Positions 58,334-63,593 of a DNA stretch of 63,593 bases are shown here, in pieces. The DNA lies in contig FLMG01000833.1 of the NCBI GenBank assembly GCA_900088475.1, forward strand, positions 1-63,593, given 5' to 3'. The notes under the pieces were generated by a model. The model was not told the DNA's origin. It searched no databases and saw only the letters and a program-made list of their open reading frames with translations. Within the stretch, counting starts at the first letter, position 1, and every line of letters starts with the position of its first letter. The translations under genes and the position numbers were made by a program. The DNA is from Hyphochytrium catenoides. Taxonomy: Eukaryota > Protista > Hyphochytriomycota.

Positions 58334-61300
58334 ATGACGGCAGACGCAGGCACCTCTGCCGACGCAGCAGCTGTGCCGTCTGGTGCGCCCCTGGCTGGCG
58401 TCAAAAGAGCAAGCGTGGTTGGAATCATCACCGGCAGCGGGCTGTCCAAGTCGTCAATGTTCAGGAATCTCAAAATCACTGTGATAGACACAGAGTTTGG
58501 GCAGGCAAGAGAGGAGTCTTCTCTTTATATCTCCCCTGCTACATCTTCCTCTAACTCTCTGCCTGACATGTGACAGGTCTTGGTGCGGGTTGGCGAGCTG
58601 AACGGCGTGAAGCTAGTCCTTGTGCAGCGACACGCGGCAGACCCTCACAGAGAGTACTGCCAACCGCGGAAGATCAACTTTAAGGCCATCGCTATGGCAA
58701 TGAAGCAGTTGAACTGCGAGTTCGTGGTTGGGACGTACTCTGTGGGCTCCCTGAAGAAAGAGATTCCTATCGGAAGGTAGCGCCTAGTAATGCCTCTCGT
58801 GCTTTCTCCCTCCCGCTCTCTTTCTCTCTCTTTCTCTCTCTTTCTCTCTCTTTCTTCTCTCTCGCTCTCTCTCATCTCTCTCTCTCTGTCTCTCACCCTT
58901 AGTGCTCCCGTTCACTCTATTATTCTCTGCTCTTTATTCCTCTCTTCCTCTCCTTCCTCTCTCTCTCTCATCTCTGCCCGCCTTCATCCCTTTACTTGAG
59001 TCCTGTTCTGCTTCTATCTTTCTCTCTATTGCCCTCTGCTCTTTAACCCGCTCTTTCTCTCCTCTCTCGCTCTCCCTCTCGCTCTCATCTCCGCCCACCC
59101 TGACCCCTTTATTTGAGTCCTGTTCTGCTTCTTTCATCCCTCTATCGCAGTGAGCCCTATGGCCTTTGACCGTTTACCTCATCGTCCTTTATCCTCAGCG
59201 TGGTGGTCCCTCATGACTTTTTCAACCCTTCTGACATGATGCACATCTCTGACGGCTACGACGCGCACTATGTCCCTGGTAAGACCCTTGAGCCCATGCC
59301 AACCCCTACATCTTGCAAGGCTGGACCTTCACTTTTTGGTTACTGAGCCGTCTTTGATGCTTAGTCATCAGTAGCGAGCTACGGGCCCAGATCCTCAATG
59401 TGATCACGCAGCGCTGCGGCATCCAGCCGATCAGCAACGGAGTGTACATGCAAACGTCAGGGCCGAGATTTGAGACGGCTGCAGAGATCCGATTTCTCAG
59501 TTTAGCAGGGGTGAGGTCAAATTGCATCATGTGCCAATAGTTCCTTCGACTGTGCTGACGAAGGTTCTATCCATGTGATAGGATATTGTGGGCATGACAG
59601 GGGCGCATGAGGCCGAACTATTGAACGAGCTGAAGATTCCTTTTGCAATGCTGGCGATGGTTGATAACTTCTGCAATGGCATCGGCTTACCTCTGACGGT
59701 AATGTGAAACTGACTCACAGTCTGGCGGTTCTTGGTGGTAGCCTGTTGTTGTCCTTATGGCGCACTGCATTGCAGCTGGAAGAATTCCATGCGGGGCAGA
59801 AGCTGAATCTGGTCGTCATGGAGACATGCGTGATGCATTTGCTTGCGTACTTTACCGGCGCAGGTGCGATTAGAGGGTAAAGCAGCGATTATAGGGCTCT
59901 TGGATCCCTCTCTTTTTGTCTTCAATGCGTCTACATTTATCCTCCCCCTGCTGCCCTCTAACATTTCCTGCATGCAGAGAGCATTGATATCGAGAGTCCA
60001 TCCACAGCTGACACCATCATTTACGCCAAGTACATTGTGCCAGTAGAGCCAGTTGGGACGGTGCTGCAGGACCACGCGCTAGTCATTAGAGGTGGCAAAA
60101 TCATCGACATCCTGCCTCGTGTGGAAGCCGAAGCGACATACTCAGGTTCTAGCAAAACGAGCGGCTTTTCGAATGCATTGCCTCTTGGCTCACCTCTTCT
60201 TGCCTCCATCAGCTCCTGTCGTCCGACACCTGATGAACCACGTACTGCTCCCCGGGCTAATAAATGGACATACGCACTCGCCTATGACAAACTTACGCGG
60301 CCTGGTGAGGTTCCCTCCTTCTGCGAAAGGATAGTAGCTAGATAAGTGACAGCTCCTTCCTCGTAGTCTGATGACAAGACGTTGATTGAGTGGCTGTCCA
60401 AGCACATCTGGCCTGCAGAAGCACACTTTGTTGCTCCTGATTTTGTTCAGCACGGTACAAGGGTACGTGTGTATAGACAGGGAGTGACTCCGAGGAAATT
60501 GAAACGCTCTCTGTCTCTCAGCTGGCAGCGGCAGAGATGATCAGAAGTGGGACGACTTGCTTCTCCGATATGTACTTCTTCCCTGAAGACTCAGCGACAG
60601 TACTGGAAGAAGTTGGGCTTAGGGGTGTGCTTGGTGAGTCCGCTCGACTATTTAGTATCAACTCTCAATTTCTTTGCCCATTCTTCTTTACGGCCGCCTT
60701 CAGTATGATCTCTGAACACGCTCCTAGGGATCTCCGACTGACGACGACAACTGACTGTGGCGCTTTTCATAGGTCGAATCGTAGTGGAGTTCCCATCTTC
60801 ATGGGCCGCAAACCCCGACGAGTACTTTGCTAGGGGCAAAGAAGTTCAAAACCGGTTTCAGAATTCCGACCTGGTACGGATGATCTTCAATCTCTGTAGC
60901 CTCCCGAAGCCCTCACAATATCTTCCGCGTCTCCCTCATGCCTCCTTTAGGTGACTTTCTCAGTAGCGCCGCATGCTCCGTACACGGTTTCAGATAAGAA
61001 TCTGGCTAGAGTCGCCGCGGTCTCGGCAGAGGAGAAGATACCAATTCACACTCACTTGCATGAGACACAGAGCGAGTGTTGCGACAGTGAGAAACTGGAC
61101 ATCTCCTCCCTTTCGTGCCACAAGAGTGACCAGAAGTGTCGACCCCTGCAGGTAAACTCCGTCAAGCATTAAGGCCAAAAGAAAAGAGAGAGAACTGGAA
61201 GAGAACACGCCTCTGACTGCTTTGAAAGACGGAAGAGGATAGAAGGTGCTTATAGTATGGCGGTAAAGAACTGTGAGAATACCAGGGAGGTAACCTGCTT

Positions 61301-62298
61301 CAGAGAGCTGACTAGCGTCTCTCCATATAGAACTTTCACAGGCTTGGCCTCCTTTCGGAGCGTTTCGTAGGAGCACACATGACTCAACTGACAGCGGAAG
61401 AGATCAAGATCCTGGCATCTACAAAGGCTAATGTGGTCCACTGCCCGTCTTCAAACATGAAGCTCGCTAGCGGTGAGTAGCAGCCATGGACAGTGTCGCT
61501 TAGGCGAACCAAAGCTTTCACAACTCGGCGTCTTTAAGCGTTCATGTCCTATTCATTCCTTCTAACTATTATGTCCGCTTCCTCGTTACATACACCAGGC
61601 TTTTGCCCCGTCAGCGATTTACTGAAGGCTGGTGTCAATGTGTGCATTGGCACGGACGGTACGGCAAGCAACAACACGCTGGACATGTTTGCAGAGATGA
61701 AGCTTGCAGCGCTTCTCGCGAAAGGAGTTTCCAATGATCCAACGTCAGTTCCAGCTGAAGTGGTGAGATGGACTAACCGTTGGTGCACGATCAAAAGGTT
61801 CACAAACATGATCTTTTATGGCCTTAGGCGCTTCGGATGGCAACCATCAATGGTGCCAAAGCTTTAGGGCTTGGAAACAAGGTTGGATCTTTGGAGATAG
61901 GGAAGGTAATGACCGCATGAGGCCATGGGCACGGAAGTGAGGAAAGGAACTATAGACGTGTGCTAATGACCTTCTGCAGCAAGCGGACGTCATTGCCGTG
62001 GATTTAGAGTCGGTCGAGCTGATGCCGTTGTACTGCGTCATTTCCCATTTGGTGTACTCTACCACCCGTGACAAGTAAGTCTCTCTCTTTGTCAACTTTC
62101 GGATCTGTCACACGCTATAATATCTCCTCCAGCGCAGCGCGTCTTAACAGCTGTTCTTTCCACGACAGAGTAAGCCATTCGTGGGTTAATGGTCGCTTGC
62201 TCATGGAGGACCGCAAGTTAACCACGATTGACCTAAAGGCACTGGTAGTAGAGACCCGTGAATGGGAGGAGCGTGTCAGAAAGCACCACGATATTTAA
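58334..62298 (+). CDS. Fusion: N-terminal MTAP/MTIP-family (PNP family 2) nucleoside phosphorylase plus C-terminal MTA/SAH deaminase (MtaD, TRZ/ATZ amidohydrolase), multi-exon
   Basis: Phosphorylase: [49 protein letters not shown]. Deaminase: [101 protein letters not shown]. The junction intron 59864-59977 keeps the frame. Confidence 0.9.
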
Positions 62299-63593
62299 AC
62301 TCTAAGCCATAGAGATGCCAACCACCCTTCTGGGTCACCTGTACCCTCGCTTTGATAAATCTTCACCATCTCCCTCGAGCAGAAGCAGTAAAGATCCATT
62401 CACCCTTCTTGACACTACTTATTCGGTTCTCAACCTCTTTCCTCCCCCACGTTCGTCCGACTCAATCTGGGCTACCAATCTGAAGCCATAGCAATGCTCC
62501 GCTCACTGGGTCATACTGTCAGCAAGAACAGCATCTACTACGGCATGCGGAAGAGATCAACCCTCTTTATGGCAGTCTATTGGTCCGTCATTTGACACTA
62601 AAGGACGCAATTTATGTCTGCTATTGCCGAGAACATGGTTTTATAATAAGCGGACATTGATAGATTATATTTTGTTCCAGCTTACTCAGGAACAGGTGAC
62701 CACTGGCCCCGCTCATGGTTATACAAAGCACCCAGGAAGCAGCATAAGCGCCAACAAGCAACGTAAAAGACAATGCTCCTACAGACTGTACAAGGGCTAT
62801 GCCAACCCTACCGCCAGGTCTCTCCTTTACGAAGGACCTGGGCGACCATGGGGTGTTGTTCATACACCTCAGAAGGTCCCTAAACTACTGTTCTGCGTGC
62901 GTCTTCGCTCCATCCACAACTCGCCGAATCGCTCTGGTGCCCCTACCGTCATCCCATAATCTCAGAGGGACCTGGGGCTGAGGTGATGCCGTGAAGCTCA
63001 GGACTCAAACGCACTGAAAATCTCAGCAGAAGAGCCGCTCAGCCAGCCGCTGCTGTTGATTGAGAGAGATCCTTTCTCATGCGCCAGATGATGGATGAGT
63101 GCACTAGATCGCGGCCAAGGGATGATTGGAGCCGAAAAAGAAACGGACAAGTTGAGATCTGGCAGAAGATAGTACAGAAGAGTTCCTCTATATTCCTTTA
63201 CTTATGCCGTTTACCTCGCCAATCACCTAGCTTCATACCGTTTGCTACCTTATTATACGCCGCCTTTAGGTTAGACGCGGCTTTTGTTCGCATTATAAGC
63301 TTCATTAAAACCTAAAGACTATACCCCTAGATTAGCCGACATAGTTTCCATTGCACGGGATAGGAGGAGTTACCTCCCTTATTATATGCCGCCAGGTTTT
63401 CTTCAACCTCTCGCACTACTGACTCTCCGACCTCCTCATTGGCCAATATTTTGATGTCCATGTTGGTACTACTACTTCAGGACCCGTGATAATAGAGTGC
63501 TATTGAGTATGTAGGAGGAATATTATTATAGTGGTCAGTACTAATGGTGCACACATTGGACAAATGGACATATAAATGGTTTGTACCTTACAA

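Noticed and set aside
62300-63593. Short ORFs at the window end
   Set aside because: No recognisable motifs and no consistent exon chain.

Overview
Eukaryotic (protist) nuclear DNA in the standard genetic code, with short spliceosomal introns (mostly GT-AG, at least one GC-AG), many AG/CT microsatellites and four N-gaps. The VDAC and the UBL/Tudor protein resemble oomycete/stramenopile proteins as I recall them; this is inference. The left part (1-17.5 kb) is intron-poor: a FRO-type ferric reductase, a pseudogene plus intact paralog of an uncharacterised repeat protein with retrotransposon relics between them, a 7TM-RGS gene and an unknown multipass membrane protein. The middle (18-43 kb) is an intron-rich housekeeping block: TFIIIC TPR subunit, atypical APRT, mitochondrial uL4, RPS19, a DUF4460/TCAIM-like gene, TilS and a UBL+Tudor protein. 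A gene-poor island follows, holding a 138x(PTDA) secreted protein with a likely GPI signal. The window ends with VDAC, an AI-2E family transporter and, head-to-head with it, a spliced gene fusing an MTAP/MTIP-family phosphorylase to an MTA/SAH deaminase. That fusion and its divergent transporter are the best candidate for an undescribed system. All family calls come from motif recognition by eye, without database searches.
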